NCBI GenBank assembly: GCA_965140785.1
Contig: OZ223491.1
Coordinates: 1 to 64,000 of the forward strand
DNA: 64,000 nt
Reading direction: 5' to 3'
DNA from: an uncultured Ruficoccus sp.
Lineage (GTDB): Bacteria > Verrucomicrobiota > Verrucomicrobiia > Opitutales > Cerasicoccaceae
Shown here: one piece after another, positions 62,128-64,000 of the stretch
How the letters are laid out: each line of letters begins with the position of its first letter
Position numbering within the stretch: position 1 is the first letter of the stretch
The notes under the pieces: generated by a model
Databases searched by the model: none
What the model was told of the DNA's origin: nothing
Seen by the model: the letters and a program-made list of their open reading frames with translations, nothing else
Made by a program: the position numbers and the translations under genes

Positions 62128-63351
62128 TCAAAGTTTGCAAACTCCAATAGGTAAATCTAATCCATAATCATCTGTCTTAGAATTAATGTATTCTACTTTT
62201 AATTAGGCTGCTTTCACATTTGTCTCAAATTTGCCTTTTATCATATCATTAACTACTTATTGTGAGAATTTTCCTCCTTCTTTAAGAATCTTCTTTAAAT
62301 TTTCATAAAATTCTTAAGTAAAGATGCATTTTTCTGCATTCTATGGATATAATAAATTGATTTAAAAATGTTTTTTACATTCCAATTTCCTTGGTTAGAA
62401 TTGACGGTATCTATAATGATGGCATCAAACTTTTCTCCTTTTTCTGCTTAGTCTTTAGCATATTTAGCTCCATTTTCATAGACCAATTCAAGTTTTTATT
62501 CTTTAATTGCCTATAAATATAATAAAAAATAAAAAAATAAACTTTTTCAATTTCAGCAGCATTTGCAAAGAATTTGACAACAACATCAATAATTTCTGAA
62601 TCAATATCACAAATAACAATTTTTTTAATCTTCGAAAACTGGCGAAGAAGATAAGTAGCAATAGAAGTATTAGCCCCTCCAATAATCAGAACTCTTTCCA
62701 ACTCCTTCTGTTCATCAATAATTTCCCTTGTCATATCCTTATTATAATCATTATCAATCTTTCCTATCAATTTAATCTAATCATCAATTGTTAGGATCCT
62801 CCCAAGGAATTCATTATCAAAAACACGAATTTCATGTTCTTTTGATTTTTAACGATGCACAATCTTCATATTCTTATAAATAGCTGATGTAAATTCATTT
62901 GAATTTAATAAAAATTTGTTATCGCCTCCCTTTTACTAATAAAAAGATGTTTTGCATTACAAATTGCCAAAAAATTTAGCAAAATGGGTGTAAGCTGAAT
63001 CAAGCACTTCTTATTTGCTTTACTCAAAAATATTCAAATCAAAAGAAACAAAATTGTTTTGCTTTGGGAAGCACTAACAGTTCAAATACCCATCTATAAA
63101 AACAAATTAGCAATAAAATCTTAAAAATAATAAGAACCAGCTAAAGCAAATGTAAGGGTATACTCTGTATTGGCATCACCAAGCTCTATGACCTCAGCCA
63201 CTTCGGTATTATTAGTTTTAAAGAAGTCTGCTATTTCTTTTTTGATGAGCTCTTTATTTTTGAGATCGATGATAGTGACATTCTCGTATTCCAGGAGGAG
63301 TTGAAATCCTTCTAAAGGGATTTTGTTTAATTTTACAGCTTAGGTTTCCAT
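62128..63351 (-). CDS. Eukaryotic spermidine/spermine-synthase-like protein with N-terminal extension; 3 introns; TAR read as Gln
   Basis: KSKEHEIRVFDNEFLGRILTIDD, RVLIIGG, CDIDSEII, FDAIIID, FTQEFYENLKKILKEGG; introns at 63094-63137, 62511-62542 and 62341-62378; TGA at 62128. Confidence 0.85.
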
Positions 63352-63633
63352 ATTTTTTTGATTTTTAAGTTTAAGAGAAAATTTTCCAATAATTTTTATG
63401 CAAAAACAAAATTATGCAAAAAAGATATTAATAAATCTTAATAAAAATTTATTTTAAGAATTTTCATTTTTATAAAATAATTGGTCATCAATGCTATTAT
63501 AATATAATTGCTTTAAATTTGTTATTAAGAACAATTTAAATAATACTATTTTTTATTACAGAATTAATACATAAAATTGATATTAATTCTTTTTCTTAAA
63601 TACGATAAAAAAATATAATTGTTTAAACATTTA

Positions 63634-64000
63634 TCATATGTCTGCTCCACAAAACATTGTTAATAAAGCTTATTCTTAGTTGCCCTTAAAATAATTAAAT
63701 TCTTCAATAATAAAAACATTAATTATTGTTTCCTTTATTTAATCCATAGGAATTTCTTCATCTTAGTCTTTTTCCATTACAGAAAAAATTAATCTTGTAA
63801 AATAATGGCATAATTCATCAAGAAAATCATCGCCTTCGTATTGAATTTTTATGTATTTGGATAAACAAATTTTAGATCTTAAAAACAAAAAATAGTTAGA
63901 ATATATGTTTTACAAAGTAAAAATTTCAAAATAAGATAAATTTCCATTTTTATCTTCATCTGCAATCTATTAAAAAATATGATTATTAATTTATTGGCCT
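63634..64000 (-). CDS. Eukaryotic EF-hand protein, 3' part only
   Basis: IADEDKNGNLSYFEI loop; intron 63878-63913; ends LLTMFCGADI-TGA. Confidence 0.7.

Noticed and set aside
59878..64000. AT-rich segment as non-coding DNA, phage, pseudogenes or a low-GC bacterium
   Set aside because: Spliceosomal introns and intact eukaryotic motifs appear once stops are recoded; bacterial tables 4 and 25 do not reassign TAA/TAG.
1..64000. CRISPR arrays, tRNA/rRNA genes, transposases, telomeric repeats
   Set aside because: None recognised by eye; short RNAs could be missed without covariance-model searches.

Overview
The window is a chimera. Bases 1 to ~59877 are GC-rich bacterial DNA that looks like Verrucomicrobiota (Opitutales-like), judged from PEP-CTERM proteins, prepilin/H-X9-DG proteins, large SSS symporters and a verrucomicrobial-type LacI. 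This part holds pyruvate carboxylase and several glycan-utilisation loci. One is an amino-sugar regulon (ROK repressor, two GH20, nagA, two nagB, PIG-L) with a repeated TTCAYT-N-AATRAA operator. Another is a LacI/heparinase/sulfatase locus with its own repeated operator, and a third sits in a lower-GC island. Frameshift clusters at 1-2.4 kb and 40.8-45.5 kb look like sequencing errors. At ~59878 a bacterial ASKHA/RACo gene is joined in frame to very AT-rich eukaryotic DNA. That DNA carries three tandem minus-strand genes with 32-44 nt GT-AG introns: phospholipase C, a spermidine-synthase-like protein and an EF-hand protein. They only read through if TAA/TAG = Gln and TGA = Trp, yet TGA also appears to end two of them. 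This points to a ciliate with an ambiguous, context-dependent stop-codon code. All calls come from manual translation and motif recognition, with no database searches.
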